Shown here piece by piece: positions 1-7,510 of a DNA stretch of 41,917 nucleotides. The notes below the pieces were generated by a model. It was not told the origin of the DNA and made no database searches. It was given only the letters and a program-made list of their open reading frames with translations. Both the position numbers and the translations under genes were made by a program. The stretch lies in the sequence record SRR22947725_1091; one strand, written 5' to 3'. Each line of letters begins with the position of its first letter. The first letter of the stretch is position 1.

Positions 1-587
1 GGGTGTTGTGGGTCCGCGCGCCATAACAGACATTTAAGCCACCAGTAGGGGACATGTAAGGCGTGGGCTCTATGGGATCGATAGCGTTTGAATCCTAATT
101 GCTCGATGTTTCGATGCAAGGTGCTTGCTGAAAAAATTCTGATGTGACCGCCTTCCATCGCGTGGTAGGCATCGCTCAGTTTCCAGCAAACCCACTCAGG
201 AAATGCGGCCGGTACGCTCACAGCAAACACACCACCAGGCTGGATCACTCTCTTAATTTCCCGCAAGAACGCTTGGTAGTCATGTATGTGTTCGAGCACT
301 TCAGAGCAGACGACTTTGTTAAATTGTTGGTCTTTGAACGGCAGTTGATTGCCAGAGCCTTGCGTGAAGCACACTCTGGGTGATTCAGCGCCGCTCAGGT
401 CTTGAAAGTCCGACAGTCTTTCGGTCGCGGTCTTTAAGTCTGCATGGGATAAATCGAGACCCACGGCAGTGATTTGCTGACTGAGACCAAAGGAAATCGT
501 GTGGCGACCCTCACCGCTGCCTAGGTCCAGCAAAAGATCCCCAGGGGTTAGATCGAGTAAGGCGGCATTAATGGTTTCAAGTGACAT
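1..587 (-). CDS. Class I SAM-dependent methyltransferase, MeT1-like; 3' end runs off the window and it is absent from the ORF track
   Basis: Manual translation from ATG at 587: MSLETINAALLDLTPGDLLLDLGSGEGRH...LPFKDQQFNKVVCSEVLEHI...AYHAMEGGHIRIF...HALHVPYWWLKC. SAM motif LDLGSGEG. Open to the window edge; overlaps the upstream glycosyltransferase end by 11 nt. Confidence 0.9.
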   Translation of the reverse strand, partial: MSLETINAALLDLTPGDLLLDLGSGEGRHTISFGLSQQITAVGLDLSHADLKTATERLSDFQDLSGAESPRVCFTQGSGNQLPFKDQQFNKVVCSEVLEHIHDYQAFLREIKRVIQPGGVFAVSVPAAFPEWVCWKLSDAYHAMEGGHIRIFSASTLHRNIEQLGFKRYRSHRAHALHVPYWWLKCLLWRADPQH

Positions 588-1812
588 GGGTTGATCCGTT
601 GACGGTTTGATACAGGGCTAGAAATTCTGCCGCGGCTCGTGACCATTGAAACTGCTGCTCAATGCGCTTGCGGCCGATGCTTGCGAGTCGTTCGAGTTCA
701 TCTGGGCGGTTTAAAAGATCAAGGATTGCCGCAGCAAGACCCTGACTGTCCTTTGGTTCAACTAAAACCCCGCAATCGCCAACAACTTCAGGGAGCGCGC
801 CACCCCGGGTTGAAATAACCGGTACGCCGCAGGCCATCGCTTCGCCTGCGGGGAAGCCAAATCCCTCGTAAACCGACGGTACAATGGCGATCGTTGCGCG
901 CGCATAAAGGGCAACCATTGCTTCATCGGAAATGTCGACGTGGAATTCGATCCGATCGCGAAGATTCAAGGCGTCGATGAGGGCTTCGGTTTCTCCGCCT
1001 GGTTTCAGTTTTCCAAGTAAACAAAGAGTGATATCGGGAACAACCGTCGCGACTTCAGCGAGCGCCTTGAGCAGGTACTGCACGCCTTTGAGCGGCGCAT
1101 CCGCGCTGGCTGTTGTCATCAGCCGATGGGGTGCTCGTATGATCTCAGGCATGGGTCTGAATCGGTTGAGATCGATGCCATTGTGCACGACATGAATGCG
1201 TTGGGCGTCCACCTTAAAGGCACTGGCAATATCCTGTCTGGCGGCATCTGACACGCTAACCAGATGCGTTAGCTTGCGAATCACTTTGGTCTGCATTGAA
1301 AGGAATGAATGCCAGCGTTTAATGAGTAATCGTATGCCCCAATCGGTGGTTTCGGAGAGTGCAATCTCTAAGTCTCGGGTGATGGGGTGATGGACCGTTG
1401 TAATGACCGGGTAGCCTTTTTCTTGAAGTGCGAGAACGCCGTAACACAAGCTCTGGTTGTCATGAATGATATCGTATTGAGGCTGATGGTGATCAAAATA
1501 GCGAATGAGCCTGCGGCCGAAGGTATAAGGTTCAGGAAAGCCCCCGAAGACGGTATCTACATATTCGATTAAATCGGTTATCGATCCTAAGTAGCCCCAC
1601 TTAAAAGCGCGGATATGGTCCGGGGTGGCATAGAGGTCAAGACTTGGGAGCTTGATCAGGTTAATGCGAGGGTCCAGATCAGGGTAGGGCGGTCCCGAAA
1701 TGACGTCGACGTCGTGACCGGCGTCGATGAGCGCAAGTCCGAGATGGCGAAGATAGATCCCCTGGCCGCCGCTGTAAGGATTGCTGCGATAACCCAGCAG
1801 ACAAATTTTCAT
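577..1812 (-). CDS. Glycosyltransferase family 4 (GT-B), resembling mycobacterial mannosyltransferase ManT
   Basis: N-terminal YRSNPYSGGQGIY, HDNQ and TVHHPITRD, plus the C-terminal GT4 motif EGFGFPAGEAMACG. Confidence 0.9.
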   Translation of the reverse strand: MKICLLGYRSNPYSGGQGIYLRHLGLALIDAGHDVDVISGPPYPDLDPRINLIKLPSLDLYATPDHIRAFKWGYLGSITDLIEYVDTVFGGFPEPYTFGRRLIRYFDHHQPQYDIIHDNQSLCYGVLALQEKGYPVITTVHHPITRDLEIALSETTDWGIRLLIKRWHSFLSMQTKVIRKLTHLVSVSDAARQDIASAFKVDAQRIHVVHNGIDLNRFRPMPEIIRAPHRLMTTASADAPLKGVQYLLKALAEVATVVPDITLCLLGKLKPGGETEALIDALNLRDRIEFHVDISDEAMVALYARATIAIVPSVYEGFGFPAGEAMACGVPVISTRGGALPEVVGDCGVLVEPKDSQGLAAAILDLLNRPDELERLASIGRKRIEQQFQWSRAAAEFLALYQTVNGSTHVT

Positions 1813-1993
1813 GTTTCGTGCGATCCCGCTTGGACGCAGTGTCTGTCGTTATTTGAGTCTATCAAAGACTAATCAGTGCAATAACGGTCCACACAGCGTT
1901 AAGAATTTCCGCGCAATAGTATAAATTTTGGACCCAAAATGCGACCAACAGTCGGGATAGGATGGGTGTATTGAGGAAATCGAGGCAGGTAAT

Positions 1994-2038
1994 TGAATTT
2001 TCTTCTTGATCTAGTAGTATTTACATGAACTTTAATCA
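1994..2038. promoter_or_regulatory. Two candidate MetR boxes
   Basis: TGAATTTTCTTCT (1994-2006) and TGAACTTTAATCA (2026-2038) each differ by one base from TGAA-N5-TTCA and sit directly upstream of metR. Confidence 0.6.
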
Positions 2039-2048
2039 TCTGCAAAAC

Positions 2049-2972
2049 ATGCTTGAACTGAGACATTTAAAAACGTTAATGGCGCTCCGGGAAACGGGTA
2101 GCTTGGTTGAGGCCGCGGAGGTCCTGCACTTAACGCAATCAGCCTTATCACACCAAATTAAGGATCTTGAAGATCGATTAAATTGTACGCTGTTTGTTCG
2201 TAAAACTAAGCCGCCTCGGTTCACGAGTGCCGGTCGCCGGTTACTGGCGCTCGCGGATCTGGTCGCGCCCGAATTTAAAGCGGCTGAACGAGACATCGCA
2301 AGATTAACACTGGGCGAGACCGGTCGGCTGCACATTTGTATTGAGTGCCATTCTTGCTTTCAGTGGCTGGTGCCCTGTATCGAAGCCTATCGTCTAAATT
2401 GGCCTGAAGTGGAATTGGATTTGATCGGCGGATTTAGTTTTACGCCGCTGCCGGCTTTGGCGCGGGGGGATCTTGACCTCGTGATCACCTCGGACCCGAT
2501 TGACCTACCCGATATTCATTACGAGCCTCTGTTCGAATACGAAGCAATGCTGGCTGTGTCGAATCGCCACGCATTGAGCCAGAAGCCCTTTATCGATCCA
2601 TTGGATTTGGCGGATCAAACCTTGATCACCTATCCCGTTGATCGAGACCGGTTGGATGTTTTTACCCAGTTTCTAGACCCGGCCGGGGTCGACCCAGCTT
2701 CAATTCGAAATGCCGAACTCACGCCAATGATGGTGCAATTGGTCGCAAGCGGTCGAGGCGTTGCCTGTCTGCCCAATTGGGCTTTGACCGAGTACTTGGC
2801 AAACGAGTTACTCACCGCGAAACGATTGTCGGAAAACGGCCTTTGGGGACGACTTTACGCCGCCGTCCGCCGCGAGCAACTCGAGGATCCCTTTATGCAA
2901 GAGTTCTTGAGTACTGCGATATCAACTTGCTTCAATCATCTGGCTGGCATCAAAAGAATTGAGGCCCTTTAA
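2049..2972 (+). CDS. metR: LysR-family methionine regulator MetR
   Basis: MLELRHLKTL..., HLTQSALSHQIKDLE helix-turn-helix and the MetR signature IECHSCFQWL. The start at 2049 matches the usual MetR N-terminus; the ORF track starts at 2025. Confidence 0.93.
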   Translation: MLELRHLKTLMALRETGSLVEAAEVLHLTQSALSHQIKDLEDRLNCTLFVRKTKPPRFTSAGRRLLALADLVAPEFKAAERDIARLTLGETGRLHICIECHSCFQWLVPCIEAYRLNWPEVELDLIGGFSFTPLPALARGDLDLVITSDPIDLPDIHYEPLFEYEAMLAVSNRHALSQKPFIDPLDLADQTLITYPVDRDRLDVFTQFLDPAGVDPASIRNAELTPMMVQLVASGRGVACLPNWALTEYLANELLTAKRLSENGLWGRLYAAVRREQLEDPFMQEFLSTAISTCFNHLAGIKRIEAL

Positions 2973-3118
2973 GGCAGTCGGCGCTGCGCTGAGCGACCTG
3001 ATGTTTAGAATGCTCGCTGGGATTCACTGAATCACGACACAGTGTGACGAGGGGCATTGCACGGGGCGCGCGTCGGTTTATCGCCGCAATAGCATGGTGT
3101 CTGCGAAACCCCGGACAT

Positions 3119-3153
3119 TAAAAAGCCCCAAAATGCCAAGGCACTTTGGGGCT
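3119..3153 (-). terminator. Rho-independent terminator
   Basis: Minus strand reads AGCCCCAAAGUGC-CUUG-GCAUUUUGGGGCU followed by UUUU. The single A/C mismatch on the plus strand becomes a G-U pair on the minus strand. Confidence 0.85.
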
Positions 3154-3306
3154 CTGTCTTAACGTTTGGGAGCGGACTCCGAGTTAATTTAACTCGGAGG
3201 CGCCCCTCATAGACTGACTATTGATGGGATCACCTCCTTTGCGGTCAGGGGATTAAAAGGCGCGCTGGAGGTTCCCCCTGGTTAGAACGTCTGCGCTTTA
3301 AACTCG
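3119..3306 (-). ncRNA. Candidate structured small RNA or micro-ORF mRNA with an extended Shine-Dalgarno sequence (AAAGGAGGUGAUCC)
   Basis: Bounded by a sigma70-like promoter and an intrinsic terminator. Contains several helices, including a perfect 11-bp inverted repeat (3177-3199), and a 14-nt complement of the 16S 3' end (3240-3227). Confidence 0.6.
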
Positions 3307-3312
3307 GGTAAA

Positions 3313-3341
3313 AATGTAAGTCCAATCAAGCCCGGAGTCAA
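3313..3341 (-). promoter_or_regulatory. sigma70-like promoter for the candidate small RNA
   Basis: TTGACT (3341-3336), 17-nt spacer, TACATT (3318-3313). Confidence 0.65.
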
Positions 3342-3363
3342 AGGATTTTGTCATTTTTGCGTC

Positions 3364-3951
3364 TTACGGGACGAGCGCCGTCGCAATCCAGCCGTTTTCG
3401 GATCGCTCAAACAAAGTGCGCTCGTGGGGTAAATCGTTTTGAGACAGGTCCAGGCGTTCAATTTGATCAAGCTGAACAGACAGTCCAATGGCGGCGCTGC
3501 TCGGTTTTAAGTCCTCCGGCGCAACGCGTTGTGACAAAGCCTCAAATTGCTCGAGCAGTCCAGCTCGGGAGGTCATAGGACTGCTTTGCGGGGCCGTCCT
3601 GTCATAAAAATAGTCCAAAAGCTTCGCGCGCAGGGGGCGTTTCTGCCAATTGTCTTGGATCGCGTCGCTGGCCAAGGCTTCTGCGATTCCGCTCAAGCGA
3701 TATTGGATTTGGAGGCTGGGATACCAAAGCAGTGCCTGGCAGCGCGGTTGCTTTACGAGCTGTTGCCATTTCGGGCTGCTGGTATTAATGAATAGGGTGA
3801 TGGTTGTCTCGGCAATTTGACGTAAAACCAGCGTCCGGACCTGGGGTGAGCCGGTGGCATCCACCGTCGAGAAAAAACACACGTTGGCGTTTGGATCCTG
3901 TTGCCCATTGGCGGCCATCTGGTCAGATTGCAGCTGCTCGATAATGTGCAT
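3364..3951 (-). CDS. Pyridoxamine 5'-phosphate oxidase-family FMN-binding split-barrel protein
   Basis: STVDATGSPQVRTLVLR, SPKWQQL, QIQYRLSG and the C-terminal HERTLF...W...LVP pattern. Confidence 0.8.
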   Translation of the reverse strand: MHIIEQLQSDQMAANGQQDPNANVCFFSTVDATGSPQVRTLVLRQIAETTITLFINTSSPKWQQLVKQPRCQALLWYPSLQIQYRLSGIAEALASDAIQDNWQKRPLRAKLLDYFYDRTAPQSSPMTSRAGLLEQFEALSQRVAPEDLKPSSAAIGLSVQLDQIERLDLSQNDLPHERTLFERSENGWIATALVP

Positions 3952-4229
3952 CAGGCCTCTGATCCCAAATCGAAGTCGCCGGATGCGATTTCTACCTCGC
4001 TCATCATTAACGTGAGTCGAACCGATTGATCTTTGCGCTCGAAGGTTCCGCTAATTTGCTCATGCCATTCATAGTCTGTTTGAACGACGCTCTGTAGTTT
4101 GAGTCGGGTCAAGCTTCGGCCTTCGTCTCGAACCAGGCCATTGATGATGAGCTGGGCATGACCATCAGCTCGATAGATGAGGGCAAGTTTTGCGCCGCGA
4201 TGCTCGCTCTGCAAGGTTGTTGGTGCCAA
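3951..4229 (-). CDS. Hypothetical protein (~92 aa)
   Basis: TTG start at 4229 preceded by GGAG. The TGA stop overlaps the next ATG (TGATG), suggesting translational coupling. The ORF track extends to 4277. Confidence 0.65.
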   Translation of the reverse strand: MAPTTLQSEHRGAKLALIYRADGHAQLIINGLVRDEGRSLTRLKLQSVVQTDYEWHEQISGTFERKDQSVRLTLMMSEVEIASGDFDLGSEA

Positions 4230-4326
4230 GCGCTTTTCTCCATTGAATTGCCATTTGCCTTGATGATTGCAACGCACAAATCCGTTATCATGCGCGCCAA
4301 GTGCATGAATATACAGGGTGAGCAGG

Positions 4327-4497
4327 ATGAGTCAAATTGGGCAAGCCAAAGCAAATGCTTCTGAAATCTTAGCCGGTTTGCGGAAGTTAGGACCCAATCG
4401 AGTGGTTGCGCTGTCGACCCATAAAAGCAAAGAGTTGTTGGCTGAACTCGAGGCGAAAGCGGAAGCGCTGGTCGAGCAACTGGCGTCAGAGAGCTAG
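4327..4497 (+). CDS. Small hypothetical protein (56 aa), not in the ORF track
   Basis: MSQIGQAKANASEILAGLRKLGPNRVVALSTHKSKELLAELEAKAEALVEQLASES*. Purine-rich AGGGTGAG upstream, helix-favouring composition, and it fills an otherwise empty gap. Confidence 0.6.
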   Translation: MSQIGQAKANASEILAGLRKLGPNRVVALSTHKSKELLAELEAKAEALVEQLASES

Positions 4498-4601
4498 TCG
4501 CGAGCGTTCGGAGCCTGCAACGCGAGTGATCCGGGTGCCAAATTGATTGATCTGGATTGACCAATAATCGGGGTGTTGAAGCCGAAAGGAAATCAGTCTT
4601 C

Positions 4602-5432
4602 ATGGAATGCAAACGCGTGTCGGGTGCCCTGGGCGGGCTGATTACAGGAGTTGATCTCACGGCGCCACTATCGGCGGCAGTATTGGGTGATCTCAAGCAA
4701 GCGCTTTTAGAGCACCAAGTCCTATTCTTCCGAAACCAAGCATTGTCGCCTGAGCAGCATATGGCGCTCGCGACGGCTTTTGGGGAGCCGCAGTACCATG
4801 AGGCTTACCCGCATGCAACGGGGTTCCCTGCGATCACAATCCTTGAAAATGATCGAGATAATCCTTCAAAAATTGAAGTGTGGCATACCGATATGACGTT
4901 TCGGGCTTGCCCGCCCTTGGGTTCTATTCTGCACGGCCAGTCGATCCCCGAACGGGGCGGCGATACCCTTTTCGCGAGTCTATCGGCGGCTTACGAGAGT
5001 TTGTCTCAGATCATGAAAGACCTGCTCGAGAATTTGGTTGCGATTCATGATTTCAGTTTTGGGTTTAAAGAGTCTTTGGCAGAGCCTGGCGGGCGGGATC
5101 GACTCGCACAGATGGTGATCGATAATCCGCCGGTTGAGCATCCCGTTGTGATAACCCACCCTGAAAGTGGTGCGCGCGGAATATACGTTAATCCGCTTTT
5201 TACGGCTCGGATCAAGGGGCTCCAAAAAACGGAAAGCGACGCGTTACTTAACTTTTTGTTTGCCCATATGATTTTGCCTGAGCATACCTGCCGGTTTACC
5301 TGGGAAAAAGACTCGATCGCTTTTTGGGACAATCGAATTACCCAGCACAAACCCGTCAATGATTATTGGCCACAGTCACGAAAAATGCAGCGGATTACCG
5401 TTGATCAGGGCCTTCGGCCGAGCCAGCGGTAA
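4602..5432 (+). CDS. tauD: TauD/TfdA-family Fe(II)/2-oxoglutarate dioxygenase
   Basis: WHTDMTF iron motif, GGDTLF and FWDNRITQH. ATG at 4602 follows AAAGGA. Substrate not established. Confidence 0.85.
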   Translation: MECKRVSGALGGLITGVDLTAPLSAAVLGDLKQALLEHQVLFFRNQALSPEQHMALATAFGEPQYHEAYPHATGFPAITILENDRDNPSKIEVWHTDMTFRACPPLGSILHGQSIPERGGDTLFASLSAAYESLSQIMKDLLENLVAIHDFSFGFKESLAEPGGRDRLAQMVIDNPPVEHPVVITHPESGARGIYVNPLFTARIKGLQKTESDALLNFLFAHMILPEHTCRFTWEKDSIAFWDNRITQHKPVNDYWPQSRKMQRITVDQGLRPSQR

Positions 5433-6336
5433 GCGTTAAAAGCGTCTCGATCGTAGACAAGGGCTGATCGATCATTAAGTGATGACCGGCGTCGTCGATG
5501 ATCTTGACGTCATGGTTTGCAAGCTGTTTTGTTGCGGTCGATAAATTGCGCTCCCCAACCGGGGTTTCGGGGTCAAAAAACACACTCTTGCGGCCGATCA
5601 CCAAGCTGGTTTTGGTTTGCAGACTCGCCATCATCTCGGATCCGGTGGGTAAGTCTGACGCCGGCATCATCTTGTTAAAGACTTCGCGATCAAATTTGAA
5701 TACAAAACCCGCCTCAGATTCCCGAAAAGAATGGTGGGCGATGTGGGTGAGAATATGAGGGTGTGTCAAAGGCTGTCGAGGCGTTAGTCTAAAGCGTTTC
5801 ATCGCAATGAGCCGTGTTGGATACACCCGTTCTGGGCGCTGGGTCTGCCGCGCTGGTTTTGTCGGCCCTTTGACCTCTTTGGAGTTGCGCGGCCCGGCGG
5901 GCTGCCTGGACGGGATCACCGAATCCATCAAGATCAGCTGTTGTGCCCAATGGGGATTTAGATAACAGGCAACCCGAGCAAGGGTGCCGCCAAAACTGTG
6001 GGCGATGATGATCGGCGACGCATAACCTGCATGGTGTGTGACGGCCATCATTTCTTCGGCAAATAAGCGAGATGAGTAGGTTGTTCTGTGCGCGCTATCG
6101 CCAGCGCCAGACAGGTCAATCGCGGAGACATCGAATTGATGATGCAATGATGGGCCAATATGGTCCCACCAGCGAGCGTGCGCGGCGTGGCCATGAACCA
6201 GTAAGACGCCAGGCGCATGGGGCTTTGGCCAGCGCCGATACTGAATTCGAACGTCCTTGACCATCACCGAATACGCTTTGGGTGGATGGCTGAGTGCCTG
6301 TGCAAATTGTTCTGGTGTCATAGATGGCAGCGTCAT
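5395..6336 (-). CDS. Alpha/beta hydrolase
   Basis: LLVHG oxyanion loop, DLSGAGDS, AHSFGG nucleophile elbow and AGHHLMIDQP catalytic His. Confidence 0.88.
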   Translation of the reverse strand: MTLPSMTPEQFAQALSHPPKAYSVMVKDVRIQYRRWPKPHAPGVLLVHGHAAHARWWDHIGPSLHHQFDVSAIDLSGAGDSAHRTTYSSRLFAEEMMAVTHHAGYASPIIIAHSFGGTLARVACYLNPHWAQQLILMDSVIPSRQPAGPRNSKEVKGPTKPARQTQRPERVYPTRLIAMKRFRLTPRQPLTHPHILTHIAHHSFRESEAGFVFKFDREVFNKMMPASDLPTGSEMMASLQTKTSLVIGRKSVFFDPETPVGERNLSTATKQLANHDVKIIDDAGHHLMIDQPLSTIETLLTLTAGSAEGPDQR

Positions 6337-6385
6337 CGCGTTGCGTTAGTATAGAGCATTCTTATGGGCAAAAAGGGGTAACGCG

Positions 6386-7510
6386 ATTAAGAATCCTTGG
6401 ACAAATCAAACCGCGCTGATTGCCATTGTTGTGGCATTTCTGGTGGGTCTTGTCGGCGCCCTGAGTCTTCGCTCAACAGCGCACGTACAGAACACCATCA
6501 CCGCCTCAGAGGCCCCACAGATTAAGTGGCGCACGCCGGTGGCGTTCGGCACCCACTTGCCCGCATTGGGCGACAATATCCTATATGTTTCAGAGCAACT
6601 GAGTCGGGCCTCAGGCGGGCGGGTACTGTTGGATGTCTATGAGCCGGGCATGCTGGTCCCAGCCTTTAGTATCACTGAGAGCGTGAAGGCGGGGAAGTTA
6701 GAAGCGGGTTACACCTGGCTTGGCTATGATCAGGGCAGGATCCCCGCGACGCCGCTCATATCAGCCGTACCCTTCGGACTTGAACCTTGGGAATACACCG
6801 CTTGGTATTACGAGGCAGGGGGTAAGGCCTTAGCCGAAGCGCTCTATGCGCCCCACAATATTCATCCAATTCTGTGCGGCATCATTGGCCCAGAAACCGC
6901 CGGCTGGTTTCGATTTCCCATTACCGACCTCACCCAATTTGAAGGTCTGAAAATACGATTCGCCGGGCTCGGGGGGCGCGTTTTGCAAGCACTGGGTGCG
7001 TCCGTGACCTTAATACCCGGCGGGGAAATCTATCAAGCGCTTGAAAAAGGGGCGATCGATGCGACCGAGTACTCCTTACCCGTTGTGGATGCGATGCTGG
7101 GGTTCGATCAAGTTGCGAAGTTCAATTACTTTCCGGGCTGGCATCAAACCTTTACCGCGGCGCATCTCGTGGTCAATCAAGCCCGTTGGGATGCGCTCAG
7201 TACGGGTGATCAGAGCCTCATCGAGATGGCTTGTACGGCCGGCGTCATTCGAAACCTGGCGAAGGGTGAGGCCTTGCAAGGCGCTGTGATCGAAAGCTTC
7301 GAGGCAAAAGGCGTAACCCCCATTCGGTTTGATCGAACGGTTTTAAAGTCGCTTCAGGCCGTCACTGAGTCCGTGCTTCAGGTTGAAGCTGAGAAAGATC
7401 CGCAATTCGCGGAGATTTTGGCATCCCAAAGAAAATTTATGCGCAGCTATAAGAAGTGGAAAGCCTTAGCGTACTTGCCTCGGGATTTTGATGAGATGGC
7501 CGAGGAATGA
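6386..7510 (+). CDS. dctP: TRAP transporter substrate-binding protein (TakP/FcbT1-like); start either ATT at 6386 or GTG at 6431
   Basis: GLKIRFAGLGG, GGEIYQALEKGAIDATEY and YFPGWHQ; followed by dctQ and dctM. Confidence 0.9.
   Translation: MKNPWTNQTALIAIVVAFLVGLVGALSLRSTAHVQNTITASEAPQIKWRTPVAFGTHLPALGDNILYVSEQLSRASGGRVLLDVYEPGMLVPAFSITESVKAGKLEAGYTWLGYDQGRIPATPLISAVPFGLEPWEYTAWYYEAGGKALAEALYAPHNIHPILCGIIGPETAGWFRFPITDLTQFEGLKIRFAGLGGRVLQALGASVTLIPGGEIYQALEKGAIDATEYSLPVVDAMLGFDQVAKFNYFPGWHQTFTAAHLVVNQARWDALSTGDQSLIEMACTAGVIRNLAKGEALQGAVIESFEAKGVTPIRFDRTVLKSLQAVTESVLQVEAEKDPQFAEILASQRKFMRSYKKWKALAYLPRDFDEMAEE

Noticed and set aside
3221-3245. Plus-strand GGATCACCTCCTTT read as the end of a 16S rRNA gene or an rRNA remnant
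   Set aside because: Similarity is limited to 14 nt. The flanks lack the helix 44/45 sequence (GTAACAAGG...GGAACCTGCGG), and promoter and terminator polarity indicate a minus-strand transcript.
3119-3306. 6S RNA, SRP RNA or tmRNA identity for the candidate small RNA
   Set aside because: No long 5'/3' rod with central bubble or zapA-ygfA context, no SRP domain IV motif, and no tRNA-like ends or tag peptide.
4109-4696. 195-aa minus-strand ORF
   Set aside because: Overlaps the tauD start and two better small ORFs, and has shadow-like composition with no motifs.
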